In this document: piece by piece, positions 12,541-25,735 of the stretch | Numbering within the stretch: position 1 is the first letter of the stretch | Layout of the letters: every line of letters begins with the position of its first letter | NCBI GenBank assembly: GCA_002633005.1 | Contig: NMRA01000107.1 | Location: 425,694 to 471,902 of the forward strand | Length of the DNA stretch: 46,209 nt | Direction: 5' to 3' | Source: Phoronis australis | Lineage: Eukaryota; Animalia; Phoronida | Notes under the pieces: generated by a model | The model's input: only the letters and a program-made list of their open reading frames with translations | Databases searched by the model: none | What the model was told of the DNA's origin: nothing | Made by a program: the position numbers and the translations under genes

Positions 12541-14745
12541 AAAATATTGTAGTGTTAGGAGCATGACGCAGTGTTTTTTTAAATCTCTTTGACACACTAA
12601 TTTCACCCATTCAAGGCCCGAGCAGCTAATTTTAATTAAAATGTGTTCATCTTGCGCTGCGGAGTACAGATGTCCGCGCAGGCCAGGCGGTCGGGCTTTG
12701 CCTGGTAGTAGCTGATACGAATGATTCTAGCTGAATGGGAATTATTCCTTTTACTTTAAAACTCATTAATATTGATATTATACCATTTGGCACCATAGTA
12801 AGTTTTTTTTTCTGAAGTTATTTCGTCATCAATTGGTATTTTGTCGTCAGCCTCCCGGCGGTAACGGAAGTTTCCCTGTTTAAATCTATTTTCCATATTT
12901 TCGGAAGTTTAATCATCAGGATATTTCAACTGTATAGCAAGTTTACTCATCTATTTTGATATTGCTTATTCGTTGTTATGTTTGTACTGTTTACCAGAGT
13001 TAATTACTTCCAGTAAAACACGCCTAGTCCAATCGCGATAGCCGGCCTTGTTATTCAATCGCTAGCACAGGACTTTGACTAGTCCGTAAGTATATATGCA
13101 AGTGTTCGAAACCATCTTTGAATGTATACAGCGTTGATGATTTGAACCGTTTATTCCGATAAAACAGCCGGCGACCGCATGCCTTCGCTTTTGGCTAGTG
13201 CTGGTCTCGGTGCGCACCGGGTCATCGGTTGCAGTACAGACTCCGTCCAAATATTTTTCTGTCAAAATTTAGTTGGCACATTTTGTCGACAATTCGGTTT
13301 AACTAAAGTTAAGGTCCGCTTTCTATTAGTTTATACCGGTTTGCAGGCTGATTACAGACACTGCTGTCGTCGCACAGCCGGCGTTGTAATCCTGTTTCCC
13401 GGTGTGGCGGTTAGTTAAAAATGGCGGTGTGTTCTTCGGGTCGGAATCAATGAGTGGGGCGTTTAGTGATAACGAGTTGCCATGTAATAATCTATATTTT
13501 TAGGCTTGTTACGGCATGTATGCACCAAACATATTATGGCTGGTTAAAGGAAATGTTCCAAGTTGCAACATCAAACAGAGACGTGATGCTAGTTGGTGCA
13601 AGTTACGACGAAAACGCACAAACAGTCTGTAATATGCACAACCATGCCATGGAGCATTAAAATGGTTAGTGTCGCACTGTGTTTGGTTGACGGCGACCAA
13701 CCCGCGCATTACACTTTTGTCGGACTTTCCGTGGCTTATTTTTGTCAGTCACGGTAACAGTAACGCGTCGAATTTACGGTAACCATAATTTGAAACCAAA
13801 TGTGACTGGAGAATCCGGATGTAAAAAAAGCTTAACGGACTTTTGGGTTTGGCTCGGTGACGTGCTTGTGGCGCAGTGGTAAAGGCGTGGCTTATGAATG
13901 AGAAGATCCCCAGATTGAATCACGATGAGTTAGGCGCTGTTTTACAAAAAAGTTTTGAAAAAAATAACGAATTGTGTTACCATAACAGCGGTCAATGTAG
14001 AGGCATGAACAATCAATATGAAGAATTATTGGTTCCAAATATGAGTTTATAAGTTCACATTCTGTCCAAATCATATAAGAGGTCTTACATTGCATTTACT
14101 CATTTTATCTATGCTCAATACACAAATCAATTATTTTATAAATTTTACAAAACTACTGACAGTTATTGAAGGGTAGGGTGTAGGACTACCGCGTCCTTTT
14201 GACACGAAGGCTATGCCATACGAAACAGGTGAAGAAATCAAGGTATTTTAATTGCAGATCCGAAACGCCTTTGTATCGTCTGATCTGGGAATGGATTAAT
14301 AGATTACACTGTCTCTAGTAATTAACACTTGGCATTCTATCCAACGGCTACAAACTTTGAATGTGCCGATCTTGCCGCAGATAATTTCAAGAAGTCCAAT
14401 TCTTGAGTATACTTCGGAATATGCCTTCGCAGTTCGGTCTGAAAGTAGAGAGTGTTGCGTATTGAAAACCTTTGCATGTGAACAGGAATGATCAAGCTGA
14501 ATGAATTCGATTTTCATTTAATAACACAAAAGTTAAATACAGCCGCACACCCAGCTCTTCCAAAGACGAGTGTCCAACACAACCACCCTTAAATAGCACA
14601 GCTCCAGTCTTTCTAAGATATTTACCCACAATGCAACAGGTGTCAAGCATACGTCATGCTTCTTCACATGCAAATGTTCAAGTCACTATCTCGTACGTCC
14701 TACTTATTGTGTAATTCAGGTAAACACGCATTACTGCTTATTGAG
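12541..14745 (+). repeat. Copy B of the local near-identical duplication
   Basis: Direct repeat of 9093-11897 with a different, shorter (~90 nt versus ~700 nt) middle segment. Confidence 0.92.
13864..13930 (+). mobile_element. tRNA-derived SINE head (duplicate of 11012-11078)
   Basis: Same A-box/B-box sequence within duplication copy B. Confidence 0.5.
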
Positions 14746-17008
14746 TTGCAATACTAACACTAAAATTAAGCAAAAAATCAAGTATCAGTGCAGGAGGCGC
14801 ATTGGAATCCACTCAGGGGTGCTTGATATTTTGAAATGCAGGTCAGTCATGCAATGCAATTTTCTACCTCAGCGAAAAAGGATGGGACAAAATTACACAA
14901 GAGTCGCTTTGTCGACACAACACCAATTAAATACGTCGATCACTATAAACATCTTGTTTGTGTTGCTGGCGGAAATGAGTGTTTGTTTATGGTTTCCATA
15001 CATCCAATGTGAAACTGGGTCAAGTAATGGGAAGGTTGAAACTTCCGGCGGGAAGGAGGGACACAAAAACAAAAAGGACGGACAAGAAATGGGACTTTCA
15101 AGGTTACTCTTGCAGTGAATAGAGGCCTATCACCGTGCGGAAGTTTTTGATGCGTGATCACAGCTCTAATAATGTAATGACAAAGTGAATAAGTGAATAA
15201 TTTTTTAGATTGTGACACACAATTCCACACTGACTTTCAAAAACGCAACCAGCGTCAGGTTGCATGACACAGTACCAAATAAGGACTGCGTTCCCTAAAT
15301 CTGCTGCGCACTTGTGTATTTACTAATATTATTTTTCTATGACATCTGTATTATGAGTTGCTCCTTTGTTTATGACATTTTTCATGAGGTAAATAAAACT
15401 TAATCCTTATTTAATGGCAACAAATAGAGACTTGCGGCCTTTTCCCATCAATTTAAATCCGGTATTTGTGAAGCGTCGACGTAAACAACGAAGTAATTTC
15501 CCCGGCATTAGCTTCTTTAGTTAAGAGGTGGCGCAATCGTCATCGAAGTTATCATAAGGTGTCGTACTATGGGGACCTTGACCAAAGAAAATAGAACGAG
15601 GAACATTTTCGCTATTTTTGCCTTGGCACCTATTTTGATTTCATGGGTAACAGCGATCTGGGCGGATGGGTGTGCGGTTACACTTACGGCAACGCTTACA
15701 GTACTCCAAAGTTGCTGAGTTGCTCGCATTTCGTCAACCTCCATTTGCTTCAATTTCAGATTGAAAAACACATCTGGTGGATTTTTGGGTTCCAGTGATA
15801 CATATCTTCTCGAACTGACCTGCCTCAAAATTAACTGAGGGAAGCATAAGCTTAGATTAGTTTATAAATTCCAACAAAATTATTTATAAATAAAACACTT
15901 TCAATGAGCACCGATGCCTAACACCAGGACAACGAGCCAGACCATGACGACAGGATATAACACGGGGTTCCTCTCGGAATAAAGTTCTAGAATTCACACG
16001 TGTTAACGTGAATTCTTCTTCTTTACAAGGGAAGCTGTCACGCTTTAAGAGTTAAACTAGTACTTCAAGAAATCGCGAAAATCTTTGAATACGATAATTG
16101 TTAATTGTTTGAGCTCCTAGAAATCTCCATAATTTGGTTAGACTGACCACGTACTCGACCCTAAAAAATTCCCCGTCAGTTTGTTTACTATTGTGTACAC
16201 GCAGTTGAAGTGAGTTGAGATAAAATCTGTGACTGTGACAATGTCATTTAACTACTTTCAGGAATCAAGTTTTTCACTTTGAAAAATAATGAATTGCATT
16301 GTAGGCCTAACTGATATCAGCGCAGCGTTGCAATAGTCATTATTTGCAAAACCAAGCATGAAACGTCAACCCTGTTGCGGGCAAAACTATACAATAATGT
16401 TTATTTAGTTTTATTGGTGCTTAGTTGGGACAATTGCTCGGCTTTAGTTCTCTTCGTGACGTAGGACAGTCTTTTGACAATAAATATGAATGAGCTTTTG
16501 TTTGGCGCGCAACTCAGGCAAATGTGAGTAAGTTTTATTTGAATGTTAGAGCCGGTTAACTGCTGCATTATTTTTACTACAGTTCCCTATTAAACCAGGC
16601 TGCTGCATGAAAAACAATTTCAGTAGTATTAAGAATTCTGCATAGAGTTTGCTCTCGGTATGCATGCATGAAAGATAAAAGTTAAGTAATGAAGATAGAC
16701 TAGCAGAAGAAATGATAACCCATGCTTGCATCAATCCACACACATGTGCTGAAAGCTTTAAGAAACATAATTGAATCTGTATCTGGTATAGGTCCATGCA
16801 CCGCGGCTACTGAGAAAGTCAAATGAAATATAGTTCGTGCTGTCTTTCCCATTTCCCCTACGTCCTTCACATTTACTGTCCATCCTTCCCATCTGAATCT
16901 CCGTCCTTCCAAATTCTCACCCGTCCTTTCCACTTTGATGGTGCCTGCTAGGGATTCAAAACAGTGCGTACGGTTAAAAACGGATCTTACCAGCAAGGTT
17001 GTTCAGCC

Positions 17009-17110
17009 TTATAACTTGTAAGCGTTGCGCATCATTAGTTCAAAATAGGGGTCCTCGTCAATGGACGCGCTCACGCCGGAATAGTAGTTCAGGAATTCAC
17101 CTCTTGTCAC
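17009..17110 (-). CDS. CAPSL: Calcyphosin-like, last coding exon ([33 protein letters not shown])
   Basis: TTTATTCCAG acceptor; TAA stop at 17009-17011; conserved calcyphosin C-terminus. Confidence 0.93.
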   Translation of the reverse strand: MTRGEFLNYYSGVSASIDEDPYFELMMRNAYKL

Positions 17111-20100
17111 CTGGAATAAATTAACAGCACGTAAAGTTACCAATAGCATTCGTGTTAACTCCTGATTCACCCAATGTCCGTGTTTTCAACTTGCAATGCT
17201 AAAAATGGAATCCTTTTAAAGGCACATCTGCAACACGATCAGTTTTTGATCCCAAATGCTCCCGCGACCGCAATAAATGAACCAAGTGGAGCTCACTTTT
17301 AAATTGCTTCTATGAATAAGCCAACAATGATTTGAAGTAGACAATTTTGACCAAATTATCGTTTTACTTGGCTTTAAATTAAAGCAGCTGTTGGCTAAAC
17401 TTCAAAGTCCGTCAGAAGTAGGTAGACATCTATGGGTCACGAAAATGTCGTTGTGCGTTATGAAGACGCATAATCATTTTCAGTAAATTGATAGGGGTCA
17501 GCGTGTATTCGAGCGACCGTGCGGCGTTCCAAATGCAATAAAGTTGTTTATAAACTGAATCGCTTATTGTTATCTTTGGTTAGGGTTAAGCCATGCAGGT
17601 GATTCTCACTGTTCCATCAGGACTGCTTTTATCGTCGAAGTTCTTTATAAATTCTTGTAGTATTCGATCTTCCGTCCATTCCCCGTTTACGTATTTTGGA
17701 TGTTTTCTCGCGTCGTAGACACCTATAAGCAACCGAACAACATACATGTATTTGTTCGCTCCTATTACTTTGTACTTGATATTACTTTGTACTTGATAGG
17801 TGTAATGTAATACATTGTGCAATTAAAGTTTTCAAAAAGCCTGTGGCTGGTACATCCCGGTAAGAAGTACGTAAATCACCTCATGATCACACTGAAATAA
17901 GTGGGGGCTATAGCCCACCAGTCCTCTATGGTGAGTGCCAATTAACCATGCCCATGAGTGGCCCAGCACTGATTTAAGTGGGTGGGGGGCTATATCCACC
18001 GCCGCCCATGGCTCATAGGAACACATCTCCGTTTGTGCACTCCATCACAGCTCACTTCAGCTGAGTCTGAACATCATTTTTGAGCATTTCCGGTTTTCCC
18101 GAAATTAGCCAATACAAATTTTGCATGCTGTGACTTCGTAGGGTCTGCAGTGAGTCAATGAGGGTGTTAGGTTAGACTTGACATGGATAATGACCCTGGA
18201 GGACAACGTAAGGCAGAACTGAGCGGAAATTACCTAGAATTTGCGGGCAGATATAGGCTACGGCGAATTTTGGTTCTGACTAAGGTCATTCCTCGACGTG
18301 AATGCAAGGGCCCTTGTTGGTGACCAAGTTTTGTCTCTCTGTGTATTTATTTATTTGACGAAGCACTGAAAGCTTTGACTAAGCTTACCTTTCAAATCTT
18401 CAATGGTAAACTTGCCGTCGTTTGTTCGGTCGAGTTTGTTAAACGCTAAATTTACCATTTTTTTACGCCTGGCATTCATAGGTGGCTGTAATTATAAAAA
18501 TGTCATACGACAGTTAACATTATATATATCAATTAACCCACGTACATTCCCCATGGGTGTGGTAGAGGCGAGTATCTGCTATCGTCTAAGGTTGATACTT
18601 TGGATTCGTGGCAAAGCGAAAGAATGAGATGGCGGAGAGCAGGGCCGGTTCTGTGAACGTGTCAGTATTTCCGGAAGGGTTTTCCATCATTTGGTTTTGT
18701 ATAGCCAGTTGCTTTTGCAGGAACCTGAATATGTGGCAGCACCCCTATATCAAGTGTGTATAAGAGAACCACCCGAAAACCCTTTATGGAAATACCCTTA
18801 CATTCAAAAGTGTCAATGTTTTATAGACTTCCATAGACGGAAGGCTGCAAATTCTATTATTTTTTATTATCATATATATATTTGTATTAAAGGCCTCTGG
18901 CCCAAAGTACAATAAAACATTAAACAGGCACATTAGCACACGCAGCCAACCTATTAAAGAGTTTTTCTAGTCTTTTAAGAGCAGAATTCACATATTTAAT
19001 AACAGATGTATCTGGATTAGTTAGCAGGCGTATACAGGATTCTTGAGTTGGGTGCTTCCATTGAACCTCTTTCATCAAATGTGACCTAAGGTCACAGTGT
19101 CCCTTCCAAATTAACAAGAAGTGGTATTCATCCTCTACAAGATCATTGCAAATCAAACATAATCTATCATAATATTCCACTTTCTCGTCTCTACCCACTT
19201 CAACATGTAGTCTATGGTTGGAGTTACGCAACCGAGTAAACGCTTGAATAAGACCTTGACGTAGTGGTAACTTAAGACATGGTTCAAAACAATAGAGGGT
19301 CTTAAATTACAGTGGTATTTAAGTTTTGAATTATGCTCGGTTTCTGATCGCCAACCTTGTTCATACCAGTCTTTAACTCTTTACTTGAAGATACTTAATA
19401 ACGAGACTTCGCACGTGACACCTTGATTCAACCAAATTTCATAAAAACCGTAATTTGCAAGCAATTTTTTAACAAAAGATACCCAAGTATTTCTCTCAGC
19501 TAACATATCATAAGTGACTTTAGCGTATCTAGCAGGTGGCATTTTCAACAACTTTAGCCAATATTTTACGCGTGTGACATAGTACCTTGCATAGAGCGGA
19601 CAAATTCCACATTCGCGCAATACAGCTGCGTTTGAGCAGGAGTTTCCAACTCCAAGAGAAATTTTACAGAATTTTACGTATACATTTTCAAGCAATTCAT
19701 ATTCTTTGAAACCCCCGATTTCCGCACCGTAGCACATAGTTGGCACGGCAATTTTATCATACAGTTCAAGTGATAGTCTCAATGGTAATTCCGTGCACCG
19801 GTTTTTAATTTCAGAGATAGACATAGCAGGTTTATTACTTTTATGTGCCATAGTTTTAGTCGCTTCGGACCGAACTAATCTTCATTTGGTGTAAAAAAAT
19901 ATTCCAAGATATTAACATTCGGAGACAACCTCTACTAATTGATTTCCATAATATCACTTCTCCTACGCTCTGAGTATTATTTTATGTTGTATTACTTACA
20001 AAAGATTGTCATGTATTTCCTTTCAAGACCACGGGCTCCTAGAACTAGTCTGTCAAAATGCGGAGTTAAGGCCAATTTTATCGGAAGAAATACGTAGATG

Positions 20101-23100
20101 GGTTACATTCATTTTTGCTCTCTGGTACCCGTTGATGAGCATACAGCACAGCCAGGTAAGATTCCAATACCGTACTTGTTACTTGAAGCACATCACACAG
20201 GAACGCGCACATACACCAAGTAGGCGGTTCTCATCTGTCGCTGATGACAAACAAGTATCACTCAGTGATGGCGAGCGACATACTTACTCGTATACTGTCC
20301 AACAACTCATCATATGAGATAGATCCAGTTCCATCTTTATCGATGCGCTGAAACAACTGCCCGAATTCACCAGGGTTAAGCAGAATTCCGTAATCTCTCA
20401 CTCCCTTTTCAAACTCGGCTCTGTCAATTGACTTACTTCCACTGTCATCCCATATCTTGAACATTCTGTAAGACATTCGACCAGTACCATTTATTCACTG
20501 CTCAACTGACGAAAATCCGACACACACCAGTTGCATTTCGAAAAAAGCTTCAACATTTTCTTTCTTAGAAATCGCACATATGTAAAGGTCAGATCAACTG
20601 TAAAATATTCGCCTTAATTATATCAATTGCTTCTCAGGGCAAATGCTTTCAGTTAAAAAACGCAAACAAAAATACGGTCACAATACAACTTAAACGGGGA
20701 ACGCAAAAAATTTACTACACCATTTAATAGCCGACTAACAAAAAACCTTTTGACCTTCCGGTATAAAGAAAAGTAGGAATGACGTAATCATTATAACAGA
20801 ACTAGTTGTCACGGAGCCATCAGAAAAAGGGAACACCTTGAATTCTGAGTGAGGGTAATGTCGGGACGGAAGAACATAAAAGCGATGGACTACTGGGCAT
20901 GGAAAACAGCCATAGCCTAATAGATAACACTGAGACTGGTGCACATCGGTTGGGGAACTACGGGTGAGAGCAATCTATAGGTAATGGTGCGGACTAGAAA
21001 AAAGGTAATAAACTTTTTTAATAATACAGAAAAATGCTTTCAAGCCTTCAATTAAACTGAATTCTTGTTATTTCAATGAAGATATTTTTCAAGATTACCC
21101 ATTTTGCATTTGTTGACTGATTTGAAAAGCCAGGGCAACATGGATGTTCAAAAGGTATTCAATGTGTTCCTAAATTGAACATGTTGCGTAAGTGAACAAA
21201 AATGGAATAGCATGTAGGTGAAGTGGATTGAAATAATATTCAAAAGTTTACACTCAGAGTTGGAAGCAGAATTAAAAAAGGGCGATATAGACCTATGTCA
21301 TCACTATGACCCGTACTAAACTTCAATTAACAAATTAAATCTAAATTTTAACATTCGCCGAGTGCTTGCATTGCTTGTAATTGATATCGACAGAACTGGA
21401 AAGCTGATTAATAGTTTCACCTCCTTTTCATCACTGTGCCTGTTAATGACGACTCTGTAAGCACTGACAAAAAAAGACATTTAGCAGTAGTTTAGAATTT
21501 CTGTTACGCTGCTGTACCTACACAACTAACATGTCTCGTGACATTGGTCCTGACTACATGTAAGTAATTACTAACCTCGTGAGAATTTATGGTACAAATC
21601 TCCTTATATTATAACAATCATTACACAATTGCTTATTTTTGCCAATGTTATTTGCAAGAAGTAACTACTATTCCCAGACGAGTTTACGATTTTTAAAGCA
21701 TTTAAAAAATGCACGCACCATCCACCAACAATAAATACATGGGGAAGCTATACTATAATCGCTTTGTACCTAATCAACTTCTGAGCCTGCGATTGTATAA
21801 AGAGGCCGCGTACAGCGCCACCTCGATAGTTTTATATTTAAAAAAAACGTATGTAAAACGTAGAGACTTTTAGGACATTAAATCCTTGGAGAAATAGATA
21901 AACGCCCAGGAAATGAACTTACCCCTCCCTCCCCCCAACAAGTCACAGGATGAAAAGCTTATACGACCCACTAGGATTGCCAGTAGCGTGGGTTGTTGAG
22001 GTCGCCAGCTTCCCATGATTTACCTTGGGCTGGGTTTGTTTGTTTCTCATTTCTCGTACAGTACCGATTGGTATTTTCTGGAAACCTGTAGTGTAAATAA
22101 TGAAGATTTTCCGGAACCTGCACGCGTTTTTTACACCATAGAATGTGTTTTCTGAAGATAAATTTACGGTAAGTGACTGAGTGGCTTACTGACGTCAATG
22201 TGCCCGGCATTGGCTCTAGAATAAGTCATGCAAATTTGCATTTCACCTTCAATTTATTATAATCTAGGGATTTTCAATATTCAACTACGTGTTCTTGTCG
22301 AAGACTTTCTACGATTCAAACTCCTGAGTGCACTACAACATTAGCCAGTGCTGTTCGTGCCCCGCCGAGTTACATTTTCTTTCAGGCGGGAGGAAAATTT
22401 AGCGGCTGCGCGTGTAAACACTTCTAGGCAGACGAATATGAAAATCATTGTCATAGAATATATATCAGTAGACTACTAAGAAATGCATGGATTTTTTTGT
22501 GGTTCATGGATGAATAAAATCTCAATATCTTATGAAATTAGTGATGAAAATTTTTGTAAGGTGACCGGTTAGTTGGAATATCATCTCATCGGAATAAAAA
22601 CGTTATGAGGACAAACACAATCGATAACATCCTCTGAAGTGTCATTAACGAGTTGAGGTGATGATGAAAGAATACTTAGCGCACCTTCTCACTTGTGGAG
22701 CCAGATTGAGTTCACTAATCCTACGTCCTCTGGCACACCACGAGAATGTGTCTTGATATGTTGGGAGAGAAGATATGCCAGACTTGTCATAGATTGTGGC
22801 TACTCTCGTTATCAAAATGTTTTTGAAGAGGCCTGGAACGCGATAAACAGACTAACTTGCAATATTGAAAGTGTTTCTGTGTCACTGAAACAAAATTCAG
22901 CCTACTCACCAGGTATTTTTAGGGTTTGTTCGTAGAGATTTTTAATTTCTGTTTAAATCAAAACATTTTCTTTTAGTTTCAAATTTCAAAACACCATATG
23001 TCAAGTGCTCGCCACTTCGTCGATTTTTCTCCCACAAAGCAAAGCACGTCTCCTTATTTGTTATGGCAAGACATAGACGTAACACATCTCACTTATATGG

Positions 23101-24583
23101 AAAATGTGACCTTTGGCCTCCAGCGAATTGAAGTAACTGATTCTGAGCGCATGCGCGCATTTTTCATAAATGAGAGGGAGATTGGAAACTCTGTGGTAAC
23201 TACAGAGTTTTTCCTTTGCACGTACTTCAAAAATCGTGAATTTTGTGATTTTTTCTGGGAATGTCCTCACAGAGTAAAGTAAACTAATCTATTATACTAG
23301 ACGTTGCGAGATGGTACTTTCGTCAGGAATTGCTTAAAAGATATTTTTGACGAGCTTTCGTGTTCCATGTCTCTTTAAAGTCGCCATACAAATTACGTTC
23401 TAGTGTCAAAAATTCTCTACACGCACATTTGTTCTTCCAACGCGAACCTCAAATCCTTGTTAAACTTAATAAAACGTCTAGAATTCAATCTTTGAAGTCC
23501 GCAGTGTTGTTGAGGTAGCCTGCCGTGACAGGTATCTGTAGTGAGTCTCGTTTGATGCAACAACGAAGTTGGAGCTCTTGACAAAGGCTAGGGGGTAGCA
23601 TTTCATCTGAGAAACAAACTGAGAACAACTGTATCAACAGTATTCGGTCCGAAGTTGCAGGTTTATTGCGCCTTTGAAAATTGGAAATTGCGTGCACTTT
23701 TCTCGGTGTTCCGTCTTTACAAATTCTGCTTCAAAGTTCATGTTACGTAAACTTGATTTGTGACCTTGCGGTCATTCGTTTAAATGAATCGTTATTTCAT
23801 TTGATAATGATGATTACTCGAATGCTACAGTGGGTAAAGCTAACCAAAGACTGATCGCCTTACCTCACTCAAAACATACTGGCTACTCTTGACAATGAAT
23901 AGGGCAATACGACTTAACAAAAGGGTTTGTACTCGCTAATAATAGGCATGGTCATATACTATTAATTGAACAACAAAAGCACTAATGTTGCCATAAAGGT
24001 GTACACAGCTCTCAATTATGGGCACAGTAAAAATTTGTTGAGTAAATGTTGGTGAGCCAATCGAGGCATTTTTCACTGGTGCATTAAATTAGTTTCCGTT
24101 AATAACGTCATTCTACTCTTCAAATTAACTTCCAAATTTTAATCACTTGTTCGGCGAACTTGTTCTTCTTACAGCTTGTAATCTCATCGTACACTTACAC
24201 AAATCATGTGATACTATAAGCTACTCCGTTGTAGGCCTACCTACCTTGAATGTTCATGTAGGCTTGTGGCTATGTTTGATCCGGCTGAGAGGTTAAGGCT
24301 AATGAACAGATTTTCTGAACCAAAAAATGTTAAGAAACTGCTTGGACAGGTTGTTGTCAGTAACTCTACAAGCACCAACCAATCAGAGCCCGGGGGATAT
24401 TAATGAAAATATGCCGCTGCAGGTAGAACTGTAGTTTACACTGTACCTGCCTATGCCTCGTATTCCCGTTACACCTCTGGCTAGGCACTGTAAGCGTAAC
24501 TTGTCCAGCGGGTCTGTTGCTCTCGCTAGCGCTACCTCGCTCTTCTTTTTCAGGTCGCGTTCTTCGCTCGCGGATGCCGCCAT
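17009..24583 (-). CDS. CAPSL: Calcyphosin-like EF-hand protein, 5 coding exons: join 24447-24583, 20288-20465, 18389-18485, 17610-17722, 17009-17110 (208 aa)
   Basis: Exons of 137+178+97+113+102 = 627 nt splice in frame at GT-AG sites. The product [84 protein letters not shown] carries calcyphosin-family hallmark motifs and four EF-hand-like loops. Confidence 0.93.
17610..17722 (-). CDS. CAPSL: Calcyphosin-like, coding exon 4 ([18 protein letters not shown]...SPDGT)
   Basis: TTATAG acceptor, GTGAGA donor; HPKY motif. Confidence 0.93.
17830..18010. mobile_element. CATGGGCGG-terminus MITE family member (intronic, partial)
   Basis: Ends GCCGCCCATG and contains GGGGGCTATAGCCCC core shared with 40124-40278 and 45819-45913. 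Confidence 0.55.
18389..18485 (-). CDS. CAPSL: Calcyphosin-like, coding exon 3 ([32 protein letters not shown])
   Basis: TTACAG acceptor, GTAAGC donor; EF-hand loop [12 protein letters not shown]. Confidence 0.93.
18855..19975 (-). mobile_element. 5'-truncated RTE-X-like LINE (post-RT region and CCHC tail) in calcyphosin intron 2
   Basis: ORF fragments 19381-19851 ([32 protein letters not shown]) and 18920-19231 ([28 protein letters not shown]); AT-rich 3' tail; same architecture as 7745-9091. Confidence 0.85.
20288..20465 (-). CDS. CAPSL: Calcyphosin-like, coding exon 2 (two EF-hands)
   Basis: TTACAG acceptor, GTAAGT donor; loops [12 protein letters not shown] and [12 protein letters not shown]. 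Confidence 0.95.
24447..24583 (-). CDS. CAPSL: Calcyphosin-like, first coding exon
   Basis: GAGATGG start context; [14 protein letters not shown] motif; AG|GTACAG donor, phase 2. Confidence 0.93.
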
Positions 24584-24805
24584 CTCAGTCTCCGCAATCT
24601 GATTAAACCTCAGGCGACGTTTCCAGTCGGTGACAAAATCAAAACTGATTCGCAAGTTCAGCCAAGGAACTGCTTTCTGCCACTGGTGGAAATGAAGCTA
24701 AACAATGTTTGCGGTCACAGGAATTACTGCAGTATCTGTTACCAGTGCTTATTGCGAGGTAACTTGCATTTTGTCATCGTGAGCCACAAACTGGGAAGCT
24801 TAAAG

Positions 24806-24843
24806 TGACGTCAGATTTATCCGACGCTTGTTGCCAAGGGTCA
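24806..24843. promoter_or_regulatory. CRE palindrome plus imperfect RFX X-box upstream of the calcyphosin-like gene
   Basis: TGACGTCA at 24806-24813 and GTTGCCAAGGGTCA at 24830-24843, about 220-260 nt upstream of the ATG. Confidence 0.35.
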
Positions 24844-25600
24844 TTATTATTAGTACTCTCACGTCCCACCAGGGGGCTGTTTCTCAGAATCTACAGTCTT
24901 TTGACAAGTGGATTAGCCTAGCTGTTTCACGAAAACAGGCTAAGGCTGAAAGTGAGAAAATAAGTCTACAACGTCAAGCCAAAATGCAGAAATCCGTATC
25001 CTGCTCCCGAGATAGTATTCTAATAAAACACTAACTGAGCCAAAAGAGTAGGCTACAGAAACATCCGATTTTGGCTATTCGTAGTAAGATATCTGATGTC
25101 TTCGCGCTCATAATACTATAAAGACATGGGCAGGGGGGTATAGCTCCCTCTCATTTCAGTGCTGCGCCTTCCATGAAAGACAAAAGTTGATATTCCTTTC
25201 GAGAGACCAGCCCATGGTGTGCTAACGGCGCAAAGGCGAGTCCGTATCTTCCTCGAGGCAGAAATTGTCCGGCATCCACCAGCACTTTTGAAGCAGAATG
25301 ATTGGCGACAGAGTCTCTGAGATGCTTGATGCTAATCGGCACTTTCAAGGAGTTTACTAAGAAGAGGAGGGAGAAGGAATCCCTTATTTCAAAAATAAAT
25401 GCAATTTACAAGCAAAACAATCGATACGGACATTAAAGGAGAATGCCACCCAATTTAATTAGTCTGTTTTGCCGTCTTAATCGATCTATATCCACATCGC
25501 CTTGCAGGCGGTCGACCTTACCTTGCCGAGAGGTGTCGCATTAACCTGTGAGGAATGTGAGAAACGACGCAGCGACGTCAGTGGTTCATTTGCAGAGTTA

Positions 25601-25735
25601 ATGCCGCTATGTTGCGGTTTCATCGTTCCCGCTTGTCCGAACTATGCAGCTGCGAAGAAATCGGGTATATCGTTTTTTCGACTTCCTCGACAGTCCGAAA
25701 TGCTTAGGAAGTGGCTCGCGGTAGTGAAGAATTAA
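25601..25735 (+). pseudogene. Truncated THAP zinc-finger coding fragment (probably transposon-derived)
   Basis: MPLCCGFIVPACPN..KSGISFFRLP..LRKWL matches the N-terminal half of THAP (Cys pair, F-x-F/L-P, W); stops before the C-x2-H-F half. Confidence 0.6.

Noticed and set aside
9612-14517. Paired similar ORFs (9729/13179, 9612/13062, 11443/14296) as duplicated genes
   Set aside because: They lie in duplicated repeat DNA, differ in stops between copies and show no recognisable protein motifs.
15500-15900. Protein-like open stretches on both strands followed by AATAAA
   Set aside because: Interrupted by stops, with no recognisable family motif or clear splice structure.
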